Positions 1-12,852 of a stretch of DNA of 64,000 nucleotides are shown here, in pieces; position 1 is the stretch's first letter; each line of letters begins with the position of its first letter. The DNA comes from Squalus acanthias (lineage: Eukaryota), in contig CM059433.1 of the NCBI GenBank assembly GCA_030390025.1, forward strand, positions 4,402,001-4,466,000. The letters run 5' to 3'. The translations under genes were made by a program, and so were the position numbers. A model generated the notes under the pieces. It ran no database searches, had not been told where the DNA came from, and saw only the letters and a list, made by a program, of their open reading frames with translations.

Positions 1-712
1 CCTTCCTGAAACCTGCCGCTGCGTCAGAAAAATAGTTGTACAGAGAGCTGAATTACGAGGTCAGAACACAAAAACAAGCCTTGGAGTGGGCATAGCTAGG
101 CCTGATAAGGGATGCAGCAAGGAGCTGTAGGATAAACAAGCTGTCTACGAGAGGGCAACAAGACCTTTAGAACAGAGATATGGAGGAAAATGACCTCATG
201 AGGCTGGGAGGGGGCTGTCATAGGTAGCCTCTCCCTTGTAATTGGACAATGCGATGGGTAAAAATGATTGACACCAGGTATCCACCAGCCCATCGAAATA
301 AGGTATAAAAATAAAAGACCGAGAGAGGAAATCAGGCAGTTAGGGGCGAAGGCTTCCCCGAGGTGGCTACGGCCTAACACCTTGGTCAAGTTTAGCCTCT
401 GAGGTGGCTGACGGCCTAACACCTCCAACAGCTCGAGGGATGACCCAACGGAAGTGACCGCTGCCGCAGACTGCAGGAATCCACCCAATTCGAGACCACC
501 GTACTGCCTCCCCGTCCGTCCGGTTGTTTCATTCCGTTCCAGGGCGGTAGATCGCCCTCATCGGTCACGGGTTGTTGTGTCTACTGTATCTATTTCAATC
601 GCATGCAGTAATATCAGATTATACTTTAAACTGTAGCTCTTTAATAAAAAGCCTTACAACTCCCAAAGACCCTTTGGGTAATCTGTGTGTGACCGGTGAT
701 CCAAATCTTACA
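1..712 (+). mobile_element. Probable LTR (solo or 3' LTR, ERV/Gypsy-like), truncated by window edge
   Basis: TATA-like GTATAAAA at ~303, short internal direct repeat (GAGGTGGCT[G]ACGGCCTAACACCT at ~360 and ~401), AATAAA at ~643, ends ...TTACA at 712; no TGG PBS follows. 5' end and TSD are outside the window. Confidence 0.4.
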
Positions 713-1412
713 TTTCTGCAGTGAGGCGTACCAGACACCAGGTGGCGCTGTACTCAAGTGTTCTCATTACTTCACCTCCGGTGGACAAAACTGGAACTTT
801 TCTCAGTTTCACACACATTTTGCAGAAAAGTGGAAAAGGCCAGAAACTCCACTCGTTAATTAACTAGTAAAATTCTACTAATCATTTTTTTTTCCCTATC
901 ACATCAAATCTTTAGTTAATTACGTGCAAATGTACTCCAAACGATTCGCCTTAGTAAACAGAGTACAGCACATTGCACGGATTAGAAAGTCTCTCTGCTC
1001 ATTCCATTGAACTACCAGGGCCATTTCACAATCTCTCCTTTTAAATATTTTGCTTTCTTGTTTTATTTTCACAACTTAATGTAAAGAAGATATTTCATAA
1101 TTTTTTTTTTTAAAAAGCACTTGATTCAAGGTTGTTCGGAAGTTCCCTCAGGCCAGCCAAGTGATAATCTACGAGGACAGTTATAGGGCTTCCATCCGTA
1201 TTACGTGACACACGAAGTAGAAAGACGACACCAGAGGAGTGCTGCGTGATCTTTAGCACATTCAGTGCGTAGGCAATGATCAACAAAACAAATACCAAAT
1301 GTAATTTGGGTAGAGCTTGCTACTATAATTAGTCGCTGGCACTCAGAGGAATGAAACCCTCCCACACGTTCCGCAGCATAGAGTAAGGTTAGGAAAAACA
1401 GGTCAGCTGTCC

Positions 1413-2480
1413 TAGAATCATAGAACAGTGCAGCACAGAAGGAGGCCATTCGGCCCATCGAGTCTGCGCCAGCTCTTTCGAAGAGCGATCCAGTTAGTCC
1501 CAACTCTCCCCCGCTCTTTCCTCACATCCCTGTTTTCTCCTTCAAGTATTTATCTAATTCACTTTTGAAGGCTACTATTGAATCTTCCACCACCCTATCA
1601 GGCAGTGCCTTCCAATTCCTAACCACGCGCTGCATAAGAAAGTATTTCTTTTGTCAATCACCTTAAATCTGGGCCCTCTGCTTATCGACCCTTCAGCCAT
1701 TGGAAACAGTTTTTCCTTATTTACTTTATTTAAACCCTACATGATTTTAAACAGCTCCATCAAATCTCCTCTTAGCCTTCTCTGTTCCAAGGAGAACAAT
1801 CCCAGCTTCTCCAGTCTATCCATGTAACTGTAATCCCTCATCCCTGGAACCATTCTCGTAAATCTCTTCTGCACCTTCTCCAAAACCTTTATGTCCTTCC
1901 TAAAGTGTGGGGCTCAGAATTGGACACAATACGCCAGCTGGGACCAAACTAGTATTTTATAAAGGTTTAGCATAACTTCCTGGCTTTTGTACTCTCTGCC
2001 TCTATTTATAAAGCCCAGGATCCCATACGCTTTATTAACTGCTTTATTAACCCGTCCTGCACAAACAGCCCCGGGTCTCTCTGTTCTTGCACCCACTTTA
2101 AAACTGTAGCATTTAGTTTGTGCTGTCTCTCCTCATTCTTCTTGCCAAAATGTATCACCACACACTTTTCTGTGTTGAATTTAATCTGCCACATGTCCGC
2201 CCATTCCACCAGCCGGTCTGTGTCTTCTCGAAGTCTGTCACGATCTTCCTCGCTGTTTACAACACTTCCAAGTTTCATGTCATCTGCACATTTCAAAATT
2301 GTGCCCTGTGGCCCCCAAAGTCCAAGTCATTAATGGATATCAACAACAGCAGTGGTCCTAGTACTGAACCTTGGGGAACGTCACTGTAAACCTCCCTCCG
2401 GTCTAACAAACAGCCATCCACAACTCTCGGTTTTCTATCCCTCAGCCAATGTTGGATCCGTGCTGCTACTGCCCTTTCTT
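1413..2480 (-). mobile_element. CR1 LINE, 5'-truncated RT and 3' tail
   Basis: Minus ORFs 2006-2296 (CADDMKLG...WQIKFNTEKC) and 1914-2096 (YGILGFINRG...YCVQF); TTCTATGATTCTA-type tail at ~1413-1425. Confidence 0.9.
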
Positions 2481-2950
2481 TTTACACATCACACAGTTAG
2501 GATTTCCATAACGCTCCAAAAGGCATCATAAACAGCAGTGGATAATTTTCTTGGGGTGCTCCAGTTGCTGCCATTCTACCCCTCTGATTCATTCAGTTTC
2601 TCCCAATCCCCCTTCTGTAAATCGACCACAACAGGCTACGGCTCGGCTGTCAATCTCCCTTTCAAAGAAGGTTTCTCAAGCAGCACAAACTCCAATAGTA
2701 AGGGTGTTATCTTTCATTTATAGAGTGCCTTTAAGGTAGTAAACATCCCAAGGCACTTCAGGTGACAATGGCATCAAGAAATAATGGGAGGTGAATCAGG
2801 GAAGGTGACTGAATTCATAAACAGAGATAAGTTTTTGAGAGGCAGTTGAAGGAAGGAGGAGGTAGCAAGATGCAAGGGTTCAAAGGAGAGTGTGGGGCCA
2901 AGAAAGTAAAATGTTCTGCCACTGCAGGTAGGGTGGAAGGAGTGGTCTAT

Positions 2951-4240
2951 TACATAGAATATACAACACAGAAACAGACCATTCGGCCCCACTAGTCTGT
3001 GCTGGTGTTTATACTCCACACAAATCTCCTCCCATTCCATCGATCATCTCAGCCTTTCAGCATATCTTTCTATTCGGGTTTTTCACATATACTTGTCTAG
3101 TTTCCTTTTGAAAATATCTAAGCTATTTGCCTCAACCACTTCCTCTGGTAGCAAGTTCCACATTCTAACCACTGAGTAAAAAAAAATTCTCCTTATCTCC
3201 CTATTGGATTTATTAGCAGCCTCTGAGTCAGAAGGTTGTGGGTTCAAGTCCACTCCAGAGACTTGAGCACAAAAATCTAGGCTGACACTCTAGTGCAGGT
3301 GCTGAGGGAGTGCTTCACTGTCGGAGGTGCCGTCTTTCAGATGAGACGTTAAACTGAGGCCCCGTCTGCTCTCTAAGGTGGACGTAAAAGATTCCATGGC
3401 ACTATTTCGAAGAAGAGCAGGGGAGTTATCCCCGGTGTCCTGGGGCCAATATTTATCCCTCAATCAACATCACTAAAACAGATTATCTGGTCGTCATCAC
3501 ACTGCTGTTTGTGGGAGCTTGCTGTGTGCAAATTGGCTGCCACGTTTCCTACATTCCAACAGTGACTACACTCCAAAAACTTAATTGGCTGTAAAGCGCT
3601 TTGGGATATCCTGAGGTCGTGAAAGGCGCTATAGAAATGCAAGTCTTTCTTTTTTTTATATAAATGGCCCCTAGTTTTGGATTCTCCCGCAAGTGGAAAC
3701 ATTCTCTCCACATCTACCCCATCCAACCCACTCAGAATTTTGAAGATCTCAATCAGCGCACCTCTAAGTCTTCCTTTTTCTAAAAGCCTCAACCTGTTCA
3801 ATCTTTCCCGCTAGCTGTAATCTCACAGTTCTGTTACCATCCTTGTCAAAAAAACTTTGCACCTTCTCCAGTGCTTTGATGTCCTTTTTAATAGTATGGA
3901 GACCAGAACTGTGCACAGCACTGAGTGTGGCCTGACCAGAGTTCTCGACAAGTTCAACATCACTACTTTTGAATTCTATACCCCTAGAAATAAATCTCAG
4001 TGCTTTGTTAGCATTTTTAATTGCTTTGCTGATCTGCGATGCTGCTTTTAATGATTTATTCACCTGTAACCCTAGATCTTCTAACCATTCAGTTTCTTAT
4101 TTTTTAAGGTGTCGGTGATGTTTCTATTTTTCCTACCAAAGTGCATCGCCTCACATTTATCTATGTTAAATTTACTTTGCCACTTGACTTCCCAGTCTGC
4201 AAGTTTTCTAATGTCTTCTTGTATTATGTTGCATTCTACC
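2951..4240 (-). mobile_element. Degenerate CR1 LINE 3' fragment, interrupted by a SINE
   Basis: ORFs 4081-4302, 3764-4063 and 3460-3801 give CR1 RT C-terminal peptides; 3' UTR at 2951-3216. Confidence 0.85.
3218..3657 (+). mobile_element. tRNA-derived Deu-domain-type SINE inserted in CR1
   Basis: Box-B-like GGGTTCAAGTCC, conserved body (GGTGCCGTCTTTC...GAGGCCCCGTCTGC), tail AAGGCGCTATAGAAATGCAAGT; CR1 sequence resumes on both sides. Confidence 0.8.
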
Positions 4241-4879
4241 TCCTCCCTTATGTGGCAGAGTGTCTCTAGCTCGAACTCCGGCTCAAAGACTCTGAGCCGC
4301 ATTGTCTCGAGGCAGAGTCATTTCTTGCAGATGGGACAGTCTCATTGTTCACAAACTCCCAACACACTGCCATGTCTTTATTAATTAATTTATTTATTTG
4401 TTAGTTATCTGTAGTTTATTTCTTGAACTAATTGGTCGCTCACTTGAGATCTAGATTCATTAAATAGGTGGATTTAACTTGATGTTAAATAAATTAGTAA
4501 TTCATTCTTGTGATTAATTACATAGCTATTTCAGTTATTAGCATCTTTAAATGCAGTTAGAATTGAATCACTTGGCTCATTTTCCTTGGACTTACATTAA
4601 TATTAAATCCATACTACCTTAAGTTTAACACTAACCACTAAAGAAGCCAAACACACAAAGGGATATCTAGATACCGACCTCTATACTTATCTTAATTTCC
4701 TCAGGTTCTGCCACTCCTCTGTGGGCTGATCATGACGTCACATTTCCTCCAGTGCGATTATTTACTTATTTACTGTTGCCTCTTGGTTTAAAATTACTGA
4801 GCACCTTCTTCCCCACTCTGCACCAAACTCCCAGTGCCACTCTGTTTAACAGGCCACTCCATTTATCAGATGCTCCCAG

Positions 4880-5215
4880 CTCTGCGCACACAGCTCTGAG
4901 GAAGACAGAACTGGAAGAATGGAAGGTGTGCACTGGCATGTGGGACTGGCGGAGGTTGCAGAGTAAAGGAGGGGCGAGGCCATAAAAGATTTGCAATTGA
5001 GGATTTTGAATTGAATGCGTTGGAGACAGGGAGCCAACGGAGTTCAGCAAGAGTAAATGTGATAGGGCGACAGTACATATTGTTGCATTGGACGTGGGTG
5101 GGAGAGTTTGGGAGAAGTTAGAGTTCATGTAGAATCGCACTCAGGAAATCAGTGAAAAGAACACTGGAGATGTCAAGCCAGGCAAAGACAAAGGCATAGG
5201 TAAGAAAATCCCAGC
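4880..5215 (-). mobile_element. Old L2-type LINE 3' fragment
   Basis: Minus-strand peptides (ITFTLAELRWLPV; RIQFKIL) match the L2 C-terminal LHWLPV..RI.FKI motif. Confidence 0.65.
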
Positions 5216-6343
5216 TCATAATACCCACTCTATCCAGAGTCCCTGTATGGTTATTCCATCATGGACTTTCCTCCCACGTCACTTGTTGTGAGGAACAGTT
5301 AAAACCAAGACCATTGCTTATTTTATGGGAAAGTAGATAATATTTGAAGTAGAGGAAGGTTGGGGGGAGAGAATAAGGAAGTGGGATTAGTTTTGAATTG
5401 CTCCAGCAAAAAGACAGTACAGACATGGCCTTTCGGGCATAAAACCTCCATGATTATAAAGATGTCCTGACCTGCGCGTGTCCTTAGGGATCTAAGGGTT
5501 TGCTCCGTCATGGGATTAATAAGACATGAGGATACACTCGTGGCTCCTTAACCAGTAGCTTCTAACTCTCAAATATCATATGTGACAGAATCCAAGCAAA
5601 GAAATTAGTGAATTTTCCACAGTGGATGGAAAAGTTGATGGTCGGGCAAAAATGTACCAAAAAAAAGAGAAATGACTAACAAAATGTGTGTGTGGGGGGG
5701 GGGGGGGGGGGGATGGACAAAAATGGAATATTTATTATTTTCTTTCAAGTGTGTTTGAAGTGTGCGCTATGTACTCAGTTAACAGTCAATTTTAAAATCA
5801 TTGACCTCACACCTAGGACTGAAATAATATGAATTACTACTGATTTTATTGAGCAACTCAGTAACTGATCTTATTGAGCAACTCAGTAACTGATCTACCA
5901 CCCAAACCATATGACAAAATCTTTCCTAACTTTCATACGTAAGGTGCGTGCGCGTGTGGCTGCACTCTTGGCATTGACCGGTTTTTCTTCTCTCTATGGA
6001 ACTAATTCACACTTTGTTTCCAGCATTTCAGTTTTTCATTTCAGACCTCTATCTGCAGGCTCTCTGTACAAGAACATGAGCAAGTATGGAACAAAAAAAA
6101 CATTTGGCCCATGTACAAAAATAGTTACAATAAATCTGAAGAAAAAAAAAAGTGGTTTAATTAATCTCCCGAAGGGAAAAGCAGAAACAAATAGATAAAA
6201 CTCTGAAATTTCTTCATGAATCCCAAGAGTAACTGAGTAAAGCTGCAAGTAATTGAACCAGGAGTATACTCTCCATGAATGAATACAACTTCTAAGTTGT
6301 TTCTCTGGTTTATTGTGCTGTTGTGAATTTTTTTTGTATGTAC

Positions 6344-6672
6344 CTTGTAGTTTCAGCGAATTCCGCCTCTTCAGAGCTGATTTCAATCGGAAACATGTCT
6401 TCATTCTCCGAAGTATCGTCATTGTCATCTCTTTTAATGCTGTCCACTCTTGACTTGCGTCTCCTTTTCCTTCTTTTCTTCACAGAGCTGCTACTCACTT
6501 GGCTCTCTGGAGAGGCCTGCGTAACGTGAATAGCTATCGATGCTTGTGAGGATCCAGTAGATTCTAAGTTTCTCTGCCTATCAAGTAAGCTTCTCCCCAC
6601 TGCTGCTTCCATCAGTGCAGCACCTTCGGATGTGATGATAGGTGAAGTGGCCAGGTGTAGAGGAACATTTAC
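6344..6672 (-). CDS. LPIN1: Lipin-1 third coding exon (LATSPI motif and polybasic NLS)
   Basis: Acceptor ttttag at 6674-6673, donor gtacat at 6343; 329 nt, phase 0 to phase 2. Translates VNVPLHLATSPIITSEGAALME...KKRRKRRRKSRVDSIKRDDNDDTSENEDMFPIEISSEE, matching vertebrate lipin-1. NLS at 6454-6480. Confidence 0.96.
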
Positions 6673-6956
6673 CTAAAAGCAAATAAATAAATGTTTCAAT
6701 TCCACCTGGATCAGTCAGAAACAAGCATTCGCCTCTTTTGCCATTAGTATATGACTACTGACTGACTTTGGATCCGTTCAACATTAAAGTATTTGCCAAA
6801 AGCTTGCAGGAGGCGTGCACATCATCATTAAACCCATCTAGCTAGTGCAAGTAGGGCACATTGAGATTGAGGTATGTTTTCTTGGGTGTATGAAGAAAAA
6901 GTATTTTACTGAACAAACAGTCATTAGTTTATAGTAACAGTTCAACAAAATATTTT

Positions 6957-7573
6957 GGCCTAAAAATTCGGTTGGTTTGCGCCTCGTTAGCGCCCTAAAA
7001 GGGCGCTAACGGGGCGCAAAGCAACTAGCGCCTGGGCGCGGCACCGCCAACACCTCCCGCGAAATTCAGTGAGAGGTTAGCGGCAACAGATGACGTCATC
7101 GCTGTGCGCAGCGCCCCGGCCGCAATCTTCAGTAGCGCCCCCTTAATTACCGCCGGACGCTATGTCCGACAGGGTCAGGGGGGTCTACCTGCGGCCGGGG
7201 CGGCGCTAATTAAAGGCGAGGTGCCGGGCGGCCATTTTTGTTGCTGGCCGCCTGCCACCACCTGCCCCCGCCGGCCTCCTGACCCGTCCCCCCCCCCCCC
7301 CCCCCCAGAGTGTCCGGCACTTCGAGTGCTGGGACCCCGGGTCGCGCTGCGCTAGGCCCCTCCCCTTTAAGAAGGGGAGGAAGGCCTGCAGTACGTAGCG
7401 TCGCGATATTCACTCGCAGCGCCCCAAGAGGGAGGGGGAGCGCTTCCAGTAGTGCCCCGCCTCCCTCTTGGGGCGCTACTGGTGAATTTCAGCCGCGGGG
7501 GCGCTAATTTTTTCGGGGCGCCAAAAGTAGTGAAGTTAGCACCCCAAAGAAGGCGTGACCCAATTGTTCCCCC
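6957..7573. mobile_element. GC-rich non-autonomous DNA transposon (PIF/Harbinger-like MITE)
   Basis: Imperfect TIRs (GGCCTAAAAATTCGG / GGGGGAACAATTGGG), TTT on both flanks, many TTAGCGCC subterminal motifs shared with 46443-47078 and 52761-53653. Confidence 0.7.
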
Positions 7574-7989
7574 TTTTTCTTTTAACAACAGAGAAGCAAA
7601 TATACCCTGGTGATCCCTCCAACACTCCAGTTAGACTACGCTCCCTGTAGACAGCAGCACTCCACTTTGCTCCAAAACTTGCACTGCCACTACCCAGAAT
7701 TGCACTAGAAGTCCGTGCTTATGCACACACACCATGATTCTTATCTCCAACTTTCAACAGAAACAGGGACACCAGGGAGTATGATCCAGGTGCACACATT
7801 ACATCTTTTATCAATGGGAACACACGGACCATGAAACTGGACTCGCTGATTAACGTGGGAAGTTTTCCAGTCACGACGTTATGTTGACATGAAACACACT
7901 GGATTCCAGGACATCACGTCAGCTTCAGCTGTTACACTGGAGCGAATACAAAAACACCAGAGGGGGAGATGAGGAGACTATTTTTATTT

Positions 7990-8226
7990 TTATTTTTTTT
8001 AAACCACAGCAAGTTATGATGATCTGGAATTCATTGCCTGAAAAGGTGCAGTGGAAGCAGATTCAATATTAACTTTCAAAAAGGAACTGGATACATAAAT
8101 ATCGGAAAAGGAAAATGCAAAATGGAGAAGAGAGCAGGGGAGTGCAACTAATTGGATAGATCTTTCAAAAGATCCGGCACAGGTACGATAGGCCGAACGG
8201 CCTCCTTCTGTGCTGTATGATTCTAC
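7990..8226 (+). mobile_element. CR1 3' tail fragment
   Basis: GGCCGAACGGCCTCCTTCTGTGCTGTATGATTCTA tail, homologous to 14260-14490. Confidence 0.75.
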
Positions 8227-9944
8227 ACTCTATCTCACAGCCACCTTTTTGGACGGACCCCAGTGGGTAAATTAGAGAGTGATACTCATGCTGCTGCAGG
8301 AATACATAATACACTGCAAGTTTTAATTGTCGAGAACACCCCTAGCCAAGGACACAAACTGCTGATGTAAATCAAGATTGCTTCTGTAACTCAATGTATA
8401 ATACTAAACTCACACCACAAGAAAGTTACTAACGGTCCTCATTTTACCAGGTTACCAAATCACAAATTTTCTGAGAAAATTCAATTGCCTCACAGCAACG
8501 GTTATGCAAGTTCCTCAATATTGGAACAGCAAAACTGTTGGTGTAACCATGGCCCTTCCGGTCACATGACGACTTGTAAATACTACTGCTGTCTCATCTC
8601 GTCATGACGACCTGCAATTATCATTTCAAAAGTTTAAGAATATTGAGCTTAAAGAATTAGAGAGAGATTGAAACACAAGTTTTTAAAAACACAGGCTTTT
8701 CATCACAGCACGGGGGTAGTGTGGGATCAGGAGATTGCCGCAATATAAAAGGCAATATGCTGTTATGAGAGCATGCAACAGAGGTTGTTTACAACAAAGC
8801 TATGGCTCGGGAAAAAGCAATGATAGGAAGGAACAGTATGGTGAGAAAAGGCATGGGGCCTCTCATCTCTGTTTGGCAATCGGTTCGAACAATTGGGTGA
8901 TCATAAAACATCAGATAGTGTTGCATCGAGCAGACAGAAGGCCGTAAGGAAAATGGTATAAAGAGATGCCATGTTTTTACTTAATTAAAAAGAAAGAGAC
9001 CTCTTGCTGCCTCCGAGACCCGGTGGTGTGAATAGGCTAAGAGAAGCCACCTTCAGGGGTCCTCATTAAAATCCACGCACGCGAGTTCCAGATGCGAGGC
9101 TAATGTGCGTTACTCGGTATGGGTGTTTAAGATAAATGTTTTGTCAATAATGAACAAAGTGAATTATCAGGCATATTACTGTCTCTAACTTTACAAATCT
9201 GTTTAATGGGTTAATTGTCTTATCCAACAATAAGGGCAAAATGTGGCTTTATATGACATAAAACAACAGTTGTGCGAGAACGAGTTACAGCATGGGTAGC
9301 CAACCTGTGGCCTCAGGGTCACATGCAGCCCTTCGACCCTGGCGATCTGGCCCTTGAAGCCCAATTTGCACTTATAGTTCTTATTTCCCGGTACATCCCG
9401 TTTGAATATCAAGGCCTGGAGGTTTGAAGAGGGCTATTTTGACGTTGCTGCTTGGCTGGTGGTTTAATCCAAGAACCATTATCAGCAACTCCAAGATTGG
9501 AACATGGATTTAAACTTTATATGTGGTCCCGAGCTCCATGGTGTCCACCTATGTTACCCGTGAAGCCACAACCATGGAAATCTGCAGGTACAGGACCAAG
9601 ACCTAGCCCATTGCACCATCCAGTCCACCAGTAACTCTTCTTCAGGCACTCAACTATTAATAGCTAATTAAGAATGTAAGAGTTAGGATGAAGGTGGATA
9701 AACACAAAGGTCCCTTTTTTTTTTGAGAAACTTAGATGAAGGGCCAAGGCCCAGAATACAGGGCCAAGGCCCAGAATACAGGACACCACCAAAGCTGAAA
9801 TGAGTAGAAGAGAAGGCAATTCAAGAAGAAAATGTTTAAGCCACACCAAGCTTCAGTTTTAAAAGTGTGTACACAATAGGTGAAGGGAAGACACAGAAGG
9901 GTAAAGAGTTCCAATTTCTAGATGCAGGCTGTATTTTTACCTGA

Positions 9945-10030
9945 CTTTACCTGACGAAGGAGCAGCGCTCCGAAAGCTCGTGATTTCAAATAAAACTGTT
10001 GGACTATAACCTGGTGTTGTGCGACTTCTC
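9945..10030 (+). ncRNA. Minimal type I hammerhead ribozyme motif in an 86-bp Penelope-like insertion
   Basis: TTAC-CTGACGA-A-GGAGC(AGC)GCTCC-GAAA-GC-TC-GTGA at 9947-9983; exact 14-bp TSD GTATTTTTACCTGA at 9931-9944 and 10031-10044. Confidence 0.8.
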
Positions 10031-11574
10031 GTATTTTTACCTGAATAGCAAGATTCTAAACCGCTTGAAAAGAGTACGCCCACTTTATAATTCATGATTG
10101 CTACATCAAGGTGATCTCAGTGTGATATTACTCAACAGCTCATAACCTTCTAATTGATCGTTTTCCGACATTTTCACCATTGAAAATTACAGCCCTTTGC
10201 AGTTCTTCAGCAGAAATAAAATGCTGTTGTGCGACTGCACGGAAGTGAATTGCATGCAGATATCAAAGCCAGGAGTAACTCTGTGCTACTTGCTTTTGTC
10301 AAACTGTCTTGACATCAATTTAAAACAATTCCCTCCCTCTCAGCATGACATGTGGGGCGTCAGTGTATTTGTTTGGACTGAGTGAGTTACGGTCTGGATG
10401 GCTTACAATCAGGTGTCTAATCATCAGGCGTCTAATCATACCAGAAAGCGGATCAAATACATTTTTTTTTTAAATCATTCACCATTAAAATCGCTTTTAT
10501 CTGAAGCTCCATTGAATGAACATTAAATTGCTTCAGTCAATCCCAATGCCAGATTATTATTGCTCTACTTCTTGCCACGGAACAAAAGGCCAAATATTTG
10601 TCCTATTGTGTAGATGTCTACATGAGCCACTGCAAGTACCGCATTGCCAGAAAAGCAAATCCAGAACATTTCCACCCCCCCCCTCCCCTCCCCCCTCAAC
10701 TGCCCTTCCACAGAAATGTTGGGTTTTAACTAACCAACCTCTAATCAGAATGAATAGTTCAACACAAGAGTTCAATCCTTTTGGCATCCATGAGCATTTG
10801 GAAGTTGCAATTTGAGGAGTTTGAAATTGCACTAAGTAGGTCAGCAAGTAAAGATCCAGCAGTGAGATATTGATGAGTCTCAGCCTCACAGCCATGTGGT
10901 TATACATCTATAGCTGCAGCATCGGGTCCCAGCGGGGGTCAAATTACTCAGACCCTGGTGCGTTTTACTAAGAAGAAACATTGCTATGTGCGATACTATG
11001 GGAAGCAATCGGCTCCATTTTAGTCAGCCCATTCACAGGCCTTTTTAAAAATAAAGTAAGGGTTTTACATTACTTCCTACCATCCATATATGCACACAAC
11101 CTCTCCAGGAGCAAGAAAAAATATATAATTTCAGCTCTTAGCTCCATCCTTCTGCTCTCTCTCTCTCTCTCTCTCTCTCTGAGGCAAACACAGTTTCTTT
11201 CCCTTTTTTAAAATATGTTTTTGCAGTTTGTTTAACCTCACAACTTCTGCAAACCAACAGCAAGGAGACAAGGAAGTGGCACCACTCATGTTTATGCAGC
11301 TCAGGAATCAGTCAAGTAGAATCACTTGTCGATCACAGGCTGGGGTGGAGAGCAATAGGTTTGTAGCTTCACAGATATTTAAAAATAAATCCAAAAACAT
11401 CCATCTACTTTGTCCTTCCTTGGTGCTCGTCTGCCTGAGACATAGTGAATCATGTGATACAACACAACGTGCGAATGGCCCACCATTATGGTTTCCATGA
11501 CTAGCCCATACTTGCATATTCAGTTAGGATAATCAATATTAGCCAGAGATTTGTTCTTGTTTGTTTGCTTGCTT

Positions 11575-11965
11575 CCCCACACCTTATCCATCATCAAGAC
11601 TGCTTTGCTTACTTCCATCTCTGCAATATTGCCCACCACCGCCCCTACAATGCTGCCAAAAGCTGTATTGACACTATTGTCACCTCTAGACACAATTTCT
11701 CAATATCATCTTTGCTAGCCATCCATCCCCCTCCTTCCATAAACTCCCAATTTCTTCAAATATCAGCTGGCCACATCCTAACCTATCCTGCTCACCCATC
11801 ACCCTTACCATGCTGATCTACACTGGCTACCTGCCACCCCCAAACACACTGAAGCTTAAATCCCTCATCTTCAAATCCCTCATCTTCAAATCCCTCCATT
11901 AACTGGGCTCACCCGAACGTTACCACCTCCTTACATCCCATCCCGCAGCGTTCAGTCCTCCGACT
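11575..11965 (+). mobile_element. Old L2 LINE fragment
   Basis: ORF 11565-11816 contains AYFHLCNIA (L2 A.FHLRNI motif); downstream sequence resembles the L2 LHWL region. Confidence 0.6.
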
Positions 11966-11974
11966 GGACGAACG

Positions 11975-12345
11975 AGGAAACTTGTATTTATACAGCACCG
12001 TTCACAATCTCAGGATGTCCCAAAGTGCGACGACGCAGACGCTGTCGTAATGTCGGGAAACACGGAAGATAATCTGCTTTAGCAAAGTTGGTTGAGTAAT
12101 AAATATTGGCCGGGACACAAGGAGGACTCCACTGCCCTTCTTCGAATATTGCCATGGGATCTTTACATCCTCCTGAGAGAGCAGCCGAAGCCTAGGTTGA
12201 CAGCCCATCTAAAAGGCGGCACCTCCGACAGTGCATCGATCCCTCAGTGCTGCCCTGAAGTATTAGCCTGGATTATGCTCTCAAGAGTCTGGAATGGGGC
12301 TTGAACCCATGGCCTTCTGACTCGGAGGCAGGAATGCTACTACTG
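11975..12345 (-). mobile_element. Deu-domain-type SINE
   Basis: Reverse-complement homology to the SINE at 3218-3657, including box B. Confidence 0.75.
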
Positions 12346-12520
12346 ACAAGGTCCTCACAAGGGGACACTCATTTCAGATTATAACTCCCTAGATGACAGT
12401 AACACACCTCAGGAGAGCATAGGCAGACTGGTCAAATGAGAGACATTCAGAGAAAGGAGAGCTACTGCCGTAGAGAGAGAGAGAAGAGCAACGGCTATTC
12501 AAAAAAACCGTCTATAACAT

Positions 12521-12850
12521 GGGCAACACGGTGGCATAGTGGTTAGCACTGTTGCCTCACAGCGCCAGGGACCCGGGTTCGAATCCGGCCTCGGATGACT
12601 GTCTGTGTGGAGTTTGCACATTCTCCCAGTGTCTGCGTGGGTTTCCTCCGGGTGCTCCGGTTTCCTCCCACAGTCCAAAGTATGTGCGGGTTAGGTTGAT
12701 TTGGCTATGATAAATTGACCCTTAGTGTTAGGGGGATTAAATACGTGGGGTTACGGGGATAGGGTGGGATATGTGTCGGTGCAGGCTCGATGGGCCGAAA
12801 TGGCCTCTATCTGCACTGTGGTGATTCTGGGGATTCTGTGATTCTGTGAT
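12521..12850 (+). mobile_element. HE1-type V-SINE
   Basis: tRNA-like head GGTGGCATAGTGGTTAGCAC...GGTTCGAATCC, V-core TGTGTGGAGTTTGCACATTCTC...GGGTTTCCTCCGGGTGCTCCGGTTTCCTCCCACA, CR1-like tail. Confidence 0.9.
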
Positions 12851-12852
12851 GG

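Noticed and set aside
5846..5896. Short tandem duplications here and at ~9740-9785, plus poly-G, (TG)n and (CT)n tracts
   Set aside because: Ordinary slippage products with no further structure.
1..6343. Next LPIN1 coding exon, including minus ORF 1110-1298 as a candidate
   Set aside because: No segment with convincing lipin-1 similarity and phase-2 splice sites found by eye; it may lie outside the window or be too diverged.
6957..7573. CpG-island-like promoter
   Set aside because: Bounded by TIRs and homologous to MITEs elsewhere in the window; GC richness is element-derived.
7862..7880. GTTTTCCAGTCACGACGTT resembles the lacZ-alpha/M13 forward primer site
   Set aside because: Only ~19 nt with an indel, and the downstream flank does not continue as vector; treated as chance.
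12521..12600. tRNA-like sequences here and at ~3220, ~25004 and ~45280
   Set aside because: They are SINE heads continuing into V or Deu core domains, not tRNA genes.
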